Source: Bacilli bacterium (GTDB lineage Bacteria > Bacillota_I > Bacilli_A > RF39 > UBA660). Taken from it: a DNA stretch of 64,000 nt. Location of the stretch: the NCBI GenBank assembly GCA_017409785.1, contig JAFQSD010000001.1:365617-429616 (forward strand), given 5' to 3'. Of the stretch, positions 1-11,465 are shown in pieces (the stretch's first letter is position 1; each line of letters opens with the position of its first letter). Under the pieces are notes generated by a model that was given only the letters and a program-made list of their open reading frames with translations, made no database searches and had not been told where the DNA came from. Both the position numbers and the translations under genes were made by a program.

Positions 1-2350
1 AAACTCCTAATAAGCCAGCCCCTAAACCAATAATTAATGTTTCTGCATTAAATACTCTTGAAACATCTTTTTTAGAAGCTCCAACTGCTCTTAAAATACC
101 AATTTCCTTAGTTCTTTCAAGAACAGAAATATAAGTAATAATACCAATCATTATACTTGATACCACCAATGAAATAGAAACAAAACTAATTAAAACATAA
201 CTAATAATATCAATAATACCAGTAATTCCACTCATTAATAAACCAACCATATCACTATAGTTAATAACATTTTCTTCATGACCAGCTTTTTCTTGTTTAT
301 CATTATAAGTATTAATTATATCTTTAATCATATCTTTAGACTCAAAATCTTTAGCATAAATATGAATAGACATAGGTTCTTCCAAATTAATAGAACCAAG
401 TTCTCTTAATACACTCTCATAAGTAGCTTTTTCTTGTTCTTTATACATATTAATTAAATTAGCCATCTCTTCAGGAGATAAACTTGCTAAATACTTTTGT
501 TGTTCAATTGTTAAGTCACTCATAGAAAACTTATCATTACTAAATTTAAATCCAGTAAGAACATTAACTTCACTATTAGCTTTTTGTTCTTTTACAATTT
601 GAGCCTCATTAATCTTATTAATAACATAAGTTTCTAAATCTTTTGTATATAATACTCCACCCATAGGATTAGTTGCTACAGTAGCATTTTCATTAGGTTT
701 AATAATACCAACTATTTTAATAGTTTCAGCAGTATCAATCTTATTCTTTAAGAAATCCTCATCTTCTTTTTTATTAACCCAAGTTGAGCCAACTTTTTCA
801 TAATAATCAGTATTTAATAATAACTTAAACTCTAAATCCAAAATTTCATCATATGAATAACTAGTAACTTTAGTTTCAATTTCTTTACCAGCCATGATAT
901 CTTTCATCATAGCCTCAAGTTCTTTTTGATCTTTTAATCCAATCGCATAAAGTACATAGTCTGTAACTCTATTATTTTCATCCATTAAAAGAACAACTTC
1001 ATTATATTTCTTAGGCATTCTACCAGAAACAACTTCATATAGTTGATTGTTCATTTCTTCGTTTTCAAACATTTCAACCCAAACGTCACCCATCATTAGG
1101 CCTTCTTGATCACTCATTCCCATACTTTTTAATACTGTATCAGGATGAACTTGTACAATACCATTTGTTGTATCACTTTTAAATAATTGTAAATTTAAAT
1201 TATATTGAAAACTAACCTCAGTTGTATATTCATCTAACTTTTTACCATCATTTATATATTTAATAAAATCTTTAATATTATTTGATTTAACTTTACTACT
1301 AGAAATACTCATCATATCTCCAATAGTATTATTAGAATAAACTTTATTGCTTCCCTTACTCTTTTTAATTTCCTTATTTTGTTTTTCTTGCATCTCAGTC
1401 ATCATAGATGTCATATCAATAGTAGCTGCATCAACAGTTAACGGATAAGAAGTAAGTGTTTCTTCTTGAACTCTATCAATATAATTTTGAACTCCACTTG
1501 ATAAAGATAAAATCAATGCAATACCAATAATACCAATAGATCCAGCAAAAGCAGTTAATATAGTTCTACCCTTTTTAGTCATTAAGTTATTAAGAGATAA
1601 ACCTAATGCTGTACTAAATCCCATATTTGTCTTCTTAGTTTTCTTACTATCAGAAGAAGTTTCTTTTTTACCTTTAAAAGGATCAGTATCACCTAAAACT
1701 TTACCATCTTTAAGTTCAACTATACGAGTAGAATATTCTTCAGCTAATTCTTTATTATGAGTAACCATAATAACTAATCTATCTTTAGCAACTTCTTTTA
1801 GTAAATCCATTATTTGTTCACTTGTTTTAGAATCAAGCGCACCTGTAGGTTCATCAGCCAGAACTATATCTGGATCATTTACTAATGCACGGGCAATAGC
1901 AACTCTTTGCATTTGCCCACCAGAAAGTTGATTAGGTCTTTTATAAATATGATCTTTTAACCCTACTTTCTTTAATGCAGCTTCTGCTTTCTTACGTCTT
2001 TCTTTCTTAGAAACCCCAGATAATGTCAAAGCAAGTTCTACATTCGATAATACGCTTTGATGAGTTATTAAATTATAACTTTGAAATACAAAACCAATAC
2101 TATGATTTCTATAAGTATCCCAGTCTCTATCAGTATACTTTTTAGTACTAACACCATTAATAATTAAATCACCAGCAGTATATTGATCAAGACCACCAAT
2201 AATGTTAAGAAGCGTAGTCTTACCACTTCCAGAAGGGCCCAAAATAGAAACAAATTCATTTTCTCTAAAACTAATACTTACATCATCTAATGCTTTTTGA
2301 TCAAAAGATTCAGTTGTATAAATCTTACTAATTCCTTTAATTTCTAACAT
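1..2350 (-). CDS. MacB-type fused ABC transporter (N-terminal ATPase + FtsX-like permease). The 3' end runs off the left edge. Not in the supplied ORF track
   Basis: Manual minus-strand translation from ATG at 2350..2348 (GGAGGA 6 nt upstream): [11 protein letters not shown]...[12 protein letters not shown]...[15 protein letters not shown]...[10 protein letters not shown], then a TM and extracytoplasmic region, then ...[15 protein letters not shown]. The frame is open to base 1. Confidence 0.85.
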   Translation of the reverse strand, partial: MLEIKGISKIYTTESFDQKALDDVSISFRENEFVSILGPSGSGKTTLLNIIGGLDQYTAGDLIINGVSTKKYTDRDWDTYRNHSIGFVFQSYNLITHQSVLSNVELALTLSGVSKKERRKKAEAALKKVGLKDHIYKRPNQLSGGQMQRVAIARALVNDPDIVLADEPTGALDSKTSEQIMDLLKEVAKDRLVIMVTHNKELAEEYSTRIVELKDGKVLGDTDPFKGKKETSSDSKKTKKTNMGFSTALGLSLNNLMTKKGRTILTAFAGSIGIIGIALILSLSSGVQNYIDRVQEETLTSYPLTVDAATIDMTSMMTEMQEKQNKEIKKSKGSNKVYSNNTIGDMMSISSSKVKSNNIKDFIKYINDGKKLDEYTTEVSFQYNLNLQLFKSDTTNGIVQVHPDTVLKSMGMSDQEGLMMGDVWVEMFENEEMNNQLYEVVSGRMPKKYNEVVLLMDENNRVTDYVLYAIGLKDQKELEAMMKDIMAGKEIETKVTSYSYDEILDLEFKLLLNTDYYEKVGSTWVNKKEDEDFLKNKIDTAETIKIVGIIKPNENATVATNPMGGVLYTKDLETYVINKINEAQIVKEQKANSEVNVLTGFKFSNDKFSMSDLTIEQQKYLASLSPEEMANLINMYKEQEKATYESVLRELGSINLEEPMSIHIYAKDFESKDMIKDIINTYNDKQEKAGHEENVINYSDMVGLLMSGITGIIDIISYVLISFVSISLVVSSIMIGIITYISVLERTKEIGILRAVGASKKDVSRVFNAETLIIGLGAGLLGV

Positions 2351-2481
2351 AAATTATCCTCCATATGATATTCATATTTTTACACTACTAAATTATAATA
2401 TGACAACTTGTCGAGTGTCAATTACAACTATTTAAAAATAATTAATTTACATATTCTTCACATAATTAAAGAGTTAGTTAC

Positions 2482-3387
2482 CTAACTCTTTTTAATTAGC
2501 ATTTTTGCTTTTTCAATACCTCTATCGAGAACCATTTCTACTTCATCACCATATTTAGCTTTAGCAGTATTATAAGCAAGCATACAAATAGTCATTGGTC
2601 CAACTCCACCAGTAGGTGGTGTAATTAAACTGCATTTGCAATAGCACTCATCATAAGAAACATCTCCAACAGTTTTACCATCACTATTCTTATGAACGCC
2701 AACATCTACAACAACTGCATCATCTTTTATATAACTACTATCAATCAATTCTTGTTTATTACATGCTGCAACAACAATATCACAGCTACTAGAAACATCT
2801 TGCAAATTGCTAGTCTTAGAATGGCAAATTATTGGAGTAGCATTTTCTTTTAAAAACATATGGGCAAGTGGTTTACCCACAATATTACTTCTATTAATAA
2901 TACAAACCTTCTTGCCCAATAATTCTACACCATAAACTTTTAATAAAGTAATAATCCCCTTAGGAGTACAAGATTCTAATGCACTACTACCAACCATTAA
3001 TTTACCTAAAGAAGCACTAGTTAATCCATCAACATCTTTTTTTGGATCAATTTGGTCTAAAATCATTCTTTCATATTTAGCCAAATCTTTTGGCAATGGA
3101 AGTTGTAACATAATACCATTTATATTACTGTCCTCATTAGAATCATTAATTACTTTAATTAAGTCCTCTAAACTAATTTCATCATAATGTTCTGCATCAA
3201 CAGAATATCCCATAATCTCAGTAAGTTTCTTTTTCTTCATCTTACCATACATTTGACTACCAAAATCATCACAAACAGAAATAATCTTAACTTTTCCTCT
3301 AGATTCATCTTTCTTTTCATCTAAATAACTATTTAACTCATCATAAAGTATCTTACTTACTAAAGCTCCATCAATTCTCTTTTCCAT
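2482..3387 (-). CDS. folD: Bifunctional methylenetetrahydrofolate dehydrogenase/cyclohydrolase
   Basis: Motifs NRSNIVGKPLAHM and PPTGGVGPMT with typical FolD length. Start moved to ATG 3387 (GGGAG SD); the track start is a TTG. Confidence 0.9.
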   Translation of the reverse strand: MEKRIDGALVSKILYDELNSYLDEKKDESRGKVKIISVCDDFGSQMYGKMKKKKLTEIMGYSVDAEHYDEISLEDLIKVINDSNEDSNINGIMLQLPLPKDLAKYERMILDQIDPKKDVDGLTSASLGKLMVGSSALESCTPKGIITLLKVYGVELLGKKVCIINRSNIVGKPLAHMFLKENATPIICHSKTSNLQDVSSSCDIVVAACNKQELIDSSYIKDDAVVVDVGVHKNSDGKTVGDVSYDECYCKCSLITPPTGGVGPMTICMLAYNTAKAKYGDEVEMVLDRGIEKAKMLIKKS

Positions 3388-3400
3388 ATAATCTCCCAAA

Positions 3401-3871
3401 CTATTTACATTCTACTTTATCACTATCTGACACTATAATCATTCCATTATTTATCTTAGATGGTACATACTGATCTTTATTATATAAAATAACTTCATTT
3501 TTTAATTCATACTTTTCATCTTTATAATGCATATTACCACATTCAAAAGATAAAATACGTTTTTCATTATTTTTAAAATAAAATTCAATATACATATCAG
3601 AATCAGTACATGTCATATTAGCCTTTTTCTTAAAAGAGATATTATTCAAAATATTATAACCATCTAAAGCATTAATCTTATAACAATTTTCTCCAAGCAA
3701 AGTAACAGTTCTCACAATAACTTGGTCTACATTATCTTTATTATTTTCAATATATTTATATAGACCAGTTTCATTAAACTTTGAAACATTAGGAATAAAT
3801 ATAAAACAACAAATTACTGTTATTAAAATAATTAAAAATATCAAACAAATAACTTTAAATATATCTTTCAT
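3401..3871 (-). CDS. Hypothetical membrane-anchored protein
   Basis: ORF with one N-terminal hydrophobic helix (ICLIFLIILITVICCFIF). No recognisable motif. ATG at 3871 has an AAGGA upstream. Confidence 0.45.
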   Translation of the reverse strand: MKDIFKVICLIFLIILITVICCFIFIPNVSKFNETGLYKYIENNKDNVDQVIVRTVTLLGENCYKINALDGYNILNNISFKKKANMTCTDSDMYIEFYFKNNEKRILSFECGNMHYKDEKYELKNEVILYNKDQYVPSKINNGMIIVSDSDKVECK

Positions 3872-3872
3872 A

Positions 3873-4679
3873 TTACTTTTCCTTAAAGAAATCACGCTTA
3901 TTAAATCCAGCAGTCATAAATCTCCATGCAGCTTTTCCAGTGGTTAACCACTCAATATGAGCATTATTCTTAGTATTCTTTAACATTTCATTTACTAAGA
4001 AATTAGCAACAACGTCAGGATAATCTCCCAAAATATTATAAACTTTCTTAGTCTTTTCAGGAAGTTCAATTTTACCTTTATCACCTAACGCATTAGTAAT
4101 AAAATCAGTAATCATAATACCAGGGCTTAGTCTTCCAACAATAACTCCTGTATTTCTCTCTTCACTTTCTTTTGCAAGTGCTTGTGTAAAATAAGTTATA
4201 CTTCTTTTACTAGAACCATATATTGAAAGTCCCAACATCATCGCATCATTAGAACCATATCCTTCTATATTATAAATAGCTCCTCTTCCCTTTTTCATCA
4301 TATAATTCATCGCATATTTTGAACCAATAATTGCTCCTTTTAAATCAACATCTAAAACTAAATCAATTTCTTCCTCACTTAATTCCCAAATTGCTTTATC
4401 AGGTTGATTTACTCCTGCATTATTAATCCAAATATCAATATTACCTAATTTTTCATCACAAAATTCAATTAAATTTTCTATATCACTACTCTTAGTAACA
4501 TTACAAGTTTTATATAAAACATTACCCTTACTATCAATTTTTTCTAATTCTTCTTTACTAGCAATTAATTTATCTTCATTTAAATCACTAATAACAACAT
4601 TATAATCATTTTCTCTAAATAATTTAGCCATGCATAGTCCTAATCCTCTAGCACTACCAGTAATAACTACAGTCTTCAT
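3873..4679 (-). CDS. Short-chain dehydrogenase/reductase (SDR) family oxidoreductase
   Basis: TGSARGLG cofactor motif, NNAG, and YGSSK catalytic YxxxK. ATG 4679 is preceded by GGAGG. Confidence 0.85.
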   Translation of the reverse strand: MKTVVITGSARGLGLCMAKLFRENDYNVVISDLNEDKLIASKEELEKIDSKGNVLYKTCNVTKSSDIENLIEFCDEKLGNIDIWINNAGVNQPDKAIWELSEEEIDLVLDVDLKGAIIGSKYAMNYMMKKGRGAIYNIEGYGSNDAMMLGLSIYGSSKRSITYFTQALAKESEERNTGVIVGRLSPGIMITDFITNALGDKGKIELPEKTKKVYNILGDYPDVVANFLVNEMLKNTKNNAHIEWLTTGKAAWRFMTAGFNKRDFFKEK

Positions 4680-4826
4680 AAATACCTCCATATCTTAATT
4701 AAATTATAAGAAATTAAATTATTTATTTCAAGAGACGAAAAAATAATTCGTAAAATTTTGTTCAAATTCTTCTAAAATTTTAAAATAAATGATACGATGT
4801 TTATATAAGATACAAGGAGGTGTCAA

Positions 4827-6290
4827 ATGAGAAACGGATTTGATAACAAAAAATATATAAAATTACAAAGTAAGAAAATTAAAGAAAGAATAAAAATGTT
4901 TGATAAACTATATTTGGAGATCGGAGGAAAACTCTTTGACGACTCCCACGCTAGTCGTGTCCTACCCGGATTTGAAAGTGACGCAAAAATTCAAATGTTA
5001 AAGGAATTAAAAAATGATCTAGAAATCATTTTCTGTATCAATGCCGGTGACATTGAAAAAAACAAAGTTCGTGCCGAGCATGGAATTACATATGACATTG
5101 AAGTTATGCGCTTAATTGATAATTTAAGAAACTTAGGCTTCACAATCAACAGTGTTGTTGTAACTCTGTATAAAAATCAACCAAGCGTTGATACATTCAT
5201 AAAGAAATTAGAAAGAAATAATATTAAAACATATATCCATCGTTTTACAAAAGGATATCCTCTTGATATAAATACAATCGTATCTGAAGAAGGATATGGA
5301 GCTAACTCCTACATTGAAACAACTAAAAAACTTGTTTTAGTAAATGCTCCAGGTCCAGGTAGTGGTAAACTAGCAACTTGTCTTTCTCAACTTTATCACG
5401 AACATAAACGTGGAATTAATGCAGGATATGCAAAATTTGAAACATTCCCAGTTTGGAATCTAGATCTAAAACATCCAGTAAACTTGGCTTATGAAGCAGC
5501 AACCGCTGATTTAAAAGATGTAAATATGATTGATTCATTCCATTTATCAGCATATAACATCCCAGCAGTTAACTATAATCGCGATCTAGAACAATTCCCA
5601 TTACTAAAAGCTATACTATATAAAATTAATAATAAAAATATTTATAACTCACCTACTGATATGGGTGTTAATATGGTAGGAAATTGTATTACAGATGATA
5701 AAAAAGTCTGTGAAGCTGCTAAAAAAGAAATTGTTAGAAGATATTTCCAAGAAATGACCAATTATAAACTTGGTTTGGTCGACGCCGAAGTACCAGAAAA
5801 AATTAAAATATTAATGAACGAATTAGAAATAGATGAAAATATTATTAAATGTCGACCAAATGCTTTAAAAAAAGCTGAACAAGAAAAAGTTCCAGTAGTC
5901 GCAATTACTATTAAAAATAAAATAATTACAGGAAAAGCATCAAAATTATTAAGTGCTCCAAGTGCTCTAATCTTAAATTGCATTAAACATTTAAGTAAAA
6001 TACCAGACAACATCGACCTATTAAGTCCAGCCATTTTAGAACCAATACTTAGTCTAAAGAATAATAAACCACTTCAACTACAAGAAGTATTAATTGCTTT
6101 AAGTATTTGTTCAGTAACAAATTCAATGGTAAAAGATGCTTTAAAGCAATTAAATAAATTAAAAGATTGTGAAGCACACTCTTCACACATCATTACAAAT
6201 GGTGACTTAAAAGCTTTAAAAGAATTAAAAATTAAATTAACATGTGAAGCAAAGTTTGCAACCAATAATTTATATGATGATAAAAATTGA
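4827..6290 (+). CDS. DUF1846 / UPF0371 family protein
   Basis: N-terminus FDNKKYIKLQS...LYLEIGGKLFDDSHASRVLPGF and a length of about 490 aa are typical of the family. Strong AGGAGG SD. Confidence 0.75.
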   Translation: MRNGFDNKKYIKLQSKKIKERIKMFDKLYLEIGGKLFDDSHASRVLPGFESDAKIQMLKELKNDLEIIFCINAGDIEKNKVRAEHGITYDIEVMRLIDNLRNLGFTINSVVVTLYKNQPSVDTFIKKLERNNIKTYIHRFTKGYPLDINTIVSEEGYGANSYIETTKKLVLVNAPGPGSGKLATCLSQLYHEHKRGINAGYAKFETFPVWNLDLKHPVNLAYEAATADLKDVNMIDSFHLSAYNIPAVNYNRDLEQFPLLKAILYKINNKNIYNSPTDMGVNMVGNCITDDKKVCEAAKKEIVRRYFQEMTNYKLGLVDAEVPEKIKILMNELEIDENIIKCRPNALKKAEQEKVPVVAITIKNKIITGKASKLLSAPSALILNCIKHLSKIPDNIDLLSPAILEPILSLKNNKPLQLQEVLIALSICSVTNSMVKDALKQLNKLKDCEAHSSHIITNGDLKALKELKIKLTCEAKFATNNLYDDKN

Positions 6291-6311
6291 TAGTGAAAAC
6301 TATCTTTTTTT
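6289..6311 (+). terminator. Rho-independent terminator of the DUF1846 gene
   Basis: gatagt-gaaa-actatc hairpin overlapping the TGA stop, followed by TTTTTTT. Confidence 0.6.
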
Positions 6312-6313
6312 AT

Positions 6314-6340
6314 ACAAAAAAATAAGAACAAAGTTCTTAT
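6314..6340 (-). terminator. Rho-independent terminator of the GNAT gene
   Basis: ataagaac/gttcttat hairpin containing the TAA stop. A run of 7 T follows on the minus strand. Confidence 0.65.
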
Positions 6341-6885
6341 TTTAATTTTTCTCTTAAATTTCTTAAATGATTATAATAAACAATTTCCGCTTTAACAGTA
6401 AAATCGCTAATTGGGTAATCAATAACTTCAATTATTTCACCATCATATTTCTTATAAAAGTCTATTGCTTTATTACCTACTAAACATTCCAAATACATTG
6501 TCTTATATCCCATATTCATTAGTCCAACAACAGCTAATCTAAATAATTCTTTACCAATACCCAACCCCTGATAATCTTTAAGTACATATAAAGCTCCTAA
6601 TAATCCACTATCTGCATAATTATCATTTTGTGTTTTTGAATACTGACAAATTCCAACTATTTTACCATCTACCTCACAAACTAAATAGTTTTCAAGTTCG
6701 CCTTCAAACTCCAAATGTTCTAAATACTTTTTTGTTCTTAAACTTCTCTCTTCAAAATTATTTATTCGATCATCTAAATATTCATCAGGCATAAAGCCCC
6801 TATATGTTTCTTCCCAACTATAGCAAGAAACATAATATATACCCTCATAATCACTAACTTTAGCACTTCTATAACTAATATTCAT
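6337..6885 (-). CDS. GNAT family N-acetyltransferase
   Basis: Acetyl-CoA motif LKDYQGLGIGKELF (Q/RxxGxG) in a protein of about 180 aa. Confidence 0.8.
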   Translation of the reverse strand: MNISYRSAKVSDYEGIYYVSCYSWEETYRGFMPDEYLDDRINNFEERSLRTKKYLEHLEFEGELENYLVCEVDGKIVGICQYSKTQNDNYADSGLLGALYVLKDYQGLGIGKELFRLAVVGLMNMGYKTMYLECLVGNKAIDFYKKYDGEIIEVIDYPISDFTVKAEIVYYNHLRNLREKLK

Positions 6886-6888
6886 AAT

Positions 6889-7323
6889 CTATTCCTTCAC
6901 TAAATTAATAATATAATTATAATTTTCTTCAGTTATTTTATAAATTCCATTATATGGTTCTTCTAAATAATATTTATCTTTCTTTTTATAAATATAAATA
7001 TTTCCAACAGTATCTTCTTCTTTATAATAAAATCTAATAGCTACTAATTGTTCTACATCTGTAGGATAATCTTGTACACTAACAGACTTAGTACTTAAAT
7101 TTAAATCATAAATTCCATTAAGAACTTTATCCATTTCTTCCTCAGTCATAACAGTAACGCTACCACTTTCAAGTTCATATGAAATAGAAGAAAGATTATA
7201 ACTATTAGGAATATCTAAAATATATACTTGTCTTGTTTCTAATTTATACCAAACAAGTCCTACTATTGCAGCAATTACAAATACAACAATAAGACCACAA
7301 ACTAATTTATTTTTGTTTTTCAT
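6889..7323 (-). CDS. Hypothetical membrane-anchored protein
   Basis: ATG 7323 with AGGAGG SD. N-terminal TM helix LVCGLIVVFVIAAIVGLVWY. No motif. Confidence 0.5.
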   Translation of the reverse strand: MKNKNKLVCGLIVVFVIAAIVGLVWYKLETRQVYILDIPNSYNLSSISYELESGSVTVMTEEEMDKVLNGIYDLNLSTKSVSVQDYPTDVEQLVAIRFYYKEEDTVGNIYIYKKKDKYYLEEPYNGIYKITEENYNYIINLVKE

Positions 7324-7444
7324 CTTTTTCCTCCTTCTTATTTTTTTCTGCAAACATTCTACTAAAAAAATAACTAGATGAATAAAAAACTATATATACA
7401 ACTGCCATTACAAGTAAATTTATTCCTATTTGTTTCCAATCCAT
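7307..7444 (-). CDS. Possible small membrane peptide (about 45 aa)
   Basis: Hydrophobic ORF MDWKQIGINLLVMAVVYIVFY... The longer GTG-initiated version would overlap alr. Weak SD. Confidence 0.25.
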   Translation of the reverse strand: MDWKQIGINLLVMAVVYIVFYSSSYFFSRMFAEKNKKEEKDEKQK

Positions 7445-7511
7445 AAAATCACATCCTATTACTAATAAAATTATACCATAAAAAAATAGATCTTTCGATC
7501 TATTTATTAAA

Positions 7512-8588
7512 CTAATCAATAAAATTTCTCGGTACTCGTTCACTTATTGTTGATAACACTTCATAATTAATAGTTTCACATATATTACTAACTTCATCTA
7601 AAGTAACAATATCATTGTCAAATATATATACATTGTCCCCTACCTCAACATCAATATTAGTAATATCAATCATAAAAGAGTCCATACAAACATTTCCTAA
7701 TATTTTACATCTTTTTCCATTAACAGAAACAAAACCTTTATTAGAAAGTTTTCTTTTTACTCCATCGGCATAACCGCAACCAACAGTTGCTACTACCATC
7801 TTCTCACTAGCAACAAAGCTTCTACCATAACTAACAGCATCTCCTTCATCAATATCTTTAATAAAAGAAATTGAACTTCTAAACTTTGCTACTGGATTAA
7901 GTTTTATCTTATCAAATGTTGTTTTGCAAGATGGATAACCATATAAAATTAAACCAGGCCTAACCATATTACAAATACCTAAATCAAAATTCAAAATACC
8001 ATTAGATGCAGCTGAATGTATATACTTAATAGTATCAAAATTATTCCTTAGTTTCGAAACACCATTTTCAAATATCTTAATTTGGTTCTTAGTAAATTCA
8101 TAATCAATATCAGCAGAAGATAAATGTGTATAAACACCTTCAACTATAACATTAGATGATTTTAATTCTTTAATAAATTCCTCTAATAGTTCTTCTTTAA
8201 CACCAGTTCTTCCCATTCCAGTTTCTAGTTCAACATGAACACGTATTTTCTTATTAATCTTATTTATTTCTTTCAAAAAAGCAATTGAAGATACTCCTAC
8301 AACAATATCATTAGATATAATATCTTCAATTTCTTGCATATATGGTTGATTAAGTACAAATATATCCTTCTTATAACCTAATTCTCTAAGTTGAATAGCT
8401 TCACTTACTATTGCAACTGCAACCATATTAAATTCATTCATTAATTCAATATCTTTATTTAAATAAGTACCATAAGCATTAGCCTTAACAACAGGCATAA
8501 TTTCTGCACCAGGTACTTTTTCTTTAATATTTTTAACATTTTCTCTAAATAATTTTCTACTAACTTCTAAGCAAGTTCTTCTCATCAT
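7512..8588 (-). CDS. alr: Alanine racemase
   Basis: PLP-lysine motif PVVKANAYG. C-terminal VSYGRSF and GYADG motifs. Confidence 0.9.
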   Translation of the reverse strand: MMRRTCLEVSRKLFRENVKNIKEKVPGAEIMPVVKANAYGTYLNKDIELMNEFNMVAVAIVSEAIQLRELGYKKDIFVLNQPYMQEIEDIISNDIVVGVSSIAFLKEINKINKKIRVHVELETGMGRTGVKEELLEEFIKELKSSNVIVEGVYTHLSSADIDYEFTKNQIKIFENGVSKLRNNFDTIKYIHSAASNGILNFDLGICNMVRPGLILYGYPSCKTTFDKIKLNPVAKFRSSISFIKDIDEGDAVSYGRSFVASEKMVVATVGCGYADGVKRKLSNKGFVSVNGKRCKILGNVCMDSFMIDITNIDVEVGDNVYIFDNDIVTLDEVSNICETINYEVLSTISERVPRNFID

Positions 8589-8747
8589 CTTCACCTCTTC
8601 AAGTTCTCTATCATAAAATAAATATACGTATCAATTAATAAATTATTCCAAAGATCTATAAATAACTCTTTTTCATAATTACAAACTATTATATCACAAA
8701 ACTAATAACAACAAATTAACATCATAGAATAAGACACTTTACTTGAC

Positions 8748-8771
8748 ACAAAAAAAGAACTAAAAGTTCTT
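8748..8771 (-). terminator. Rho-independent terminator after the methyltransferase gene
   Basis: aagaac-taaaa-gttctt hairpin followed by a T-run on the minus strand. Confidence 0.6.
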
Positions 8772-8780
8772 CTTTTTTTA

Positions 8781-9983
8781 TTAATTAATTTTTCTTAAAT
8801 AAACAAAATTCTCCACATGATAAGTTCTAGGAAACATATTAAATGGTTTAACATACACAACTTCATAATCACTAGAAAGAACTTTTAAATCTCTTGCTAA
8901 AGTAGCCGGATCACATGAAACATAAATTATTGTTTTTGCAGCAATTCTTTTTAAATTCTCCATCGTCTTATTATCAAGACCAGCTCTAGGAGGATCAACA
9001 ATAACTAAATCAATATTATTAAACTCATCAATTACATTTTCAACTCTTTCACAAATAAATTTAACATTCTTCGCTTTATTTAACTCTTTATTAAGATTAG
9101 CATCATTTATACCAGACTTAGAGTAATCAACTCCAATAACTTCCTTACAATACTCACTAACATAAATACCAATTGTACCTGTACCACAATATAAATCAAG
9201 TACTTTTTTAGGTTTAAATTCTTCAACTACTTTCTTTACTTCATCATAAAGTTTTACAGTAAGTTCTTTATTAACTTGGAAGAACGATTTATCACTAACA
9301 TAATACTTTTTAGAACCAATTGAACTAATTATTTTGCCTTCTCCAAGTAAAACTTCATTATTAATAATTAAAGTATCTACTAAATTATTTAAACACTCAT
9401 AATCATTAATTTCACCTTTTAAAGAAACCATTACTTCATCACTTTCATTATTAGTTCTAATAAGAAGTTCCTCTATTTTTTCAGTATAAGACATTCCCTT
9501 AACAACTTCCATAACTTCATTAATCTTCTCATCTGCAAGTAAACATTTCTCCGTACCAAACACACTATTAGAACCGCTTTCACAATAACCCAACGTATTA
9601 TTGCTTCCATGAAGTGTAACTTTATTACGATAATTATAAATATTAGATGATTCAATATCTAATACCTTATCTTCATTAACATTACCAAATTTCCTTAAAA
9701 TTTCTTTTACTTTCATGCATTTATATTCATTTTCACTATCAAAACTCAAATGACTTAAATTGCATCCGCCACATATGTCAGAATAAATACACTTTTCTTC
9801 TACTCTATCATCAGATAATTTATAATAATCAATTACTTTCCCAAGCATATACTTTTTCGAATCTTTAACAATCTTTATTTTTACAATCTCTCCAGGCAAA
9901 GCCTTTTCTACAAAACAAATCTTTCCATCAATATATGTAATTCCTCTACCAAAGTGATCTAACTTTTCAATTTCAACTTTCAT
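8781..9983 (-). CDS. 23S rRNA (uracil-5-)-methyltransferase, RumA/RlmCD family
   Basis: N-terminal TRAM-like domain. Fe-S cysteines CIYSDICGGC. SAM motif LDLYCGTGTIG, plus DPPRAG and VSCDPATLARD. Confidence 0.85.
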   Translation of the reverse strand: MKVEIEKLDHFGRGITYIDGKICFVEKALPGEIVKIKIVKDSKKYMLGKVIDYYKLSDDRVEEKCIYSDICGGCNLSHLSFDSENEYKCMKVKEILRKFGNVNEDKVLDIESSNIYNYRNKVTLHGSNNTLGYCESGSNSVFGTEKCLLADEKINEVMEVVKGMSYTEKIEELLIRTNNESDEVMVSLKGEINDYECLNNLVDTLIINNEVLLGEGKIISSIGSKKYYVSDKSFFQVNKELTVKLYDEVKKVVEEFKPKKVLDLYCGTGTIGIYVSEYCKEVIGVDYSKSGINDANLNKELNKAKNVKFICERVENVIDEFNNIDLVIVDPPRAGLDNKTMENLKRIAAKTIIYVSCDPATLARDLKVLSSDYEVVYVKPFNMFPRTYHVENFVYLRKIN

Positions 9984-10055
9984 ACTATCAGCCTCTTTTT
10001 CTCCTTAATTATATCAAAAAAATACATATAAATAAATTACTTTTCCATACTAATA

Positions 10056-11465
10056 ATGGTGAATATTATGAATTTAGAAAAATATCTTAAAAATAAACTA
10101 GGCCCTTCAAAAGATTATATTTTTAAGAAACTAATAATTTCAAAACAAAAAGTAACATTAATCTTTAATGAAACATTAATTGATACTACAAGAACAAATG
10201 ATTTTATCTTAAGAAATCTTCTAAATTTATCTAAAAAAGACTTAAAATATTTAGAAAATAAACTTCCTAATATAAACGTATTAAAAATAAATAATAATTA
10301 TATAGATTATCTAACTAAAGGATTTATCATTATTATTACCAAAAAATATACTTATGCTGTTGAAGTAAGAAATGTTCTAGATCGAGGTATTCAAACCATT
10401 GAAAGCGAACTGTCAATAACTGGACCAAAAGATTCATTTACTGAAACTTATAATATTAATATTTCCTTAATCAGAAAAAGAATTAAATCACCCAACTTAT
10501 ATGCCGAAAATATTGAATTAGGAAGAATAACTAAAACTAAAATAGGTATTTTATATATGAATAACATTGCTAAAAAAGAAATAGTGAAACAAATTAAAGA
10601 TAATCTAGAAAAAATAGATATCGATGGCATAATTGATTCAAGTTATTTAAAACAAACCTTAGAATGTAAAAATAATTTATTCCCAACCATTTCACTAACA
10701 GAAAGGCCCGATAAAGCCTCAATGGCACTTTTAGAAGGCAAAGTAATTATAATAGTCGATATGTCGCCATATGCCTTAATTTTGCCTAGTTTTCTCATTG
10801 ATTTCTTTCATACTACAGATGATTACTATCAAAAATCAATAAATACTTCATTTATTAGAATAATAAGATTATTTGCCTTTTTAGTTGCCGTCTTTACTCC
10901 AGCATTATATATATCTATAACAACCAGAAATTATAATTTAATACCCCTTGACTTATTGTTAACCCTAAAAGCCGGAAGAACCTTCGTTCCCTTTCCTGCT
11001 TACATAGAAGCATTATTCATGTTAATATGTTTCGAAATACTAAAAGAATCTGATTTAAGAATGTCCTCAACTACTGGATCTGCAGTTTCTATTCTCGGTG
11101 GACTAATACTAGGTGACGCTGCAGTAAGTGCAGGCATTGTCTCACCCATTATGATCATTGTCATAGCTATATCTTCGATTGCATCTCTAACATTCTCATC
11201 TATAGAATTAGGTAATGCCTTAAGAAACTATAAAATCATATTACTAATACTTTCTACAATATTTGGAATAAATGGACTTCTAGTAGGAACAACAATTCTA
11301 CTATATCAATTACTAACATTAAAAGTATTTGGAATTCCATATCTAAATCCAATTATTCCTTTTGAAAAAAACGAAATAAAAGACACTATCATTAAAACAA
11401 ATACAAATAATCCAAAAAGAAATTCTCAACTAACCCATAATATCAATAGAGGAAAATACTTATGA
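10056..11465 (+). CDS. Spore germination protein, GerA (A-subunit) family
   Basis: ESELSITGPKDSFTE and PDKASMALLEGK motifs, and a C-terminal block of 4-5 TM helices. The start could be ATG 10068. Confidence 0.8.
   Translation: MVNIMNLEKYLKNKLGPSKDYIFKKLIISKQKVTLIFNETLIDTTRTNDFILRNLLNLSKKDLKYLENKLPNINVLKINNNYIDYLTKGFIIIITKKYTYAVEVRNVLDRGIQTIESELSITGPKDSFTETYNINISLIRKRIKSPNLYAENIELGRITKTKIGILYMNNIAKKEIVKQIKDNLEKIDIDGIIDSSYLKQTLECKNNLFPTISLTERPDKASMALLEGKVIIIVDMSPYALILPSFLIDFFHTTDDYYQKSINTSFIRIIRLFAFLVAVFTPALYISITTRNYNLIPLDLLLTLKAGRTFVPFPAYIEALFMLICFEILKESDLRMSSTTGSAVSILGGLILGDAAVSAGIVSPIMIIVIAISSIASLTFSSIELGNALRNYKIILLILSTIFGINGLLVGTTILLYQLLTLKVFGIPYLNPIIPFEKNEIKDTIIKTNTNNPKRNSQLTHNINRGKYL

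Noticed and set aside
5762-6331. Minus-strand ORFs 5762..6034 and 6074..6331 inside the DUF1846 gene
   Set aside because: They are antisense to a well-supported conserved gene, with hydrophobic low-information translations and no SD.
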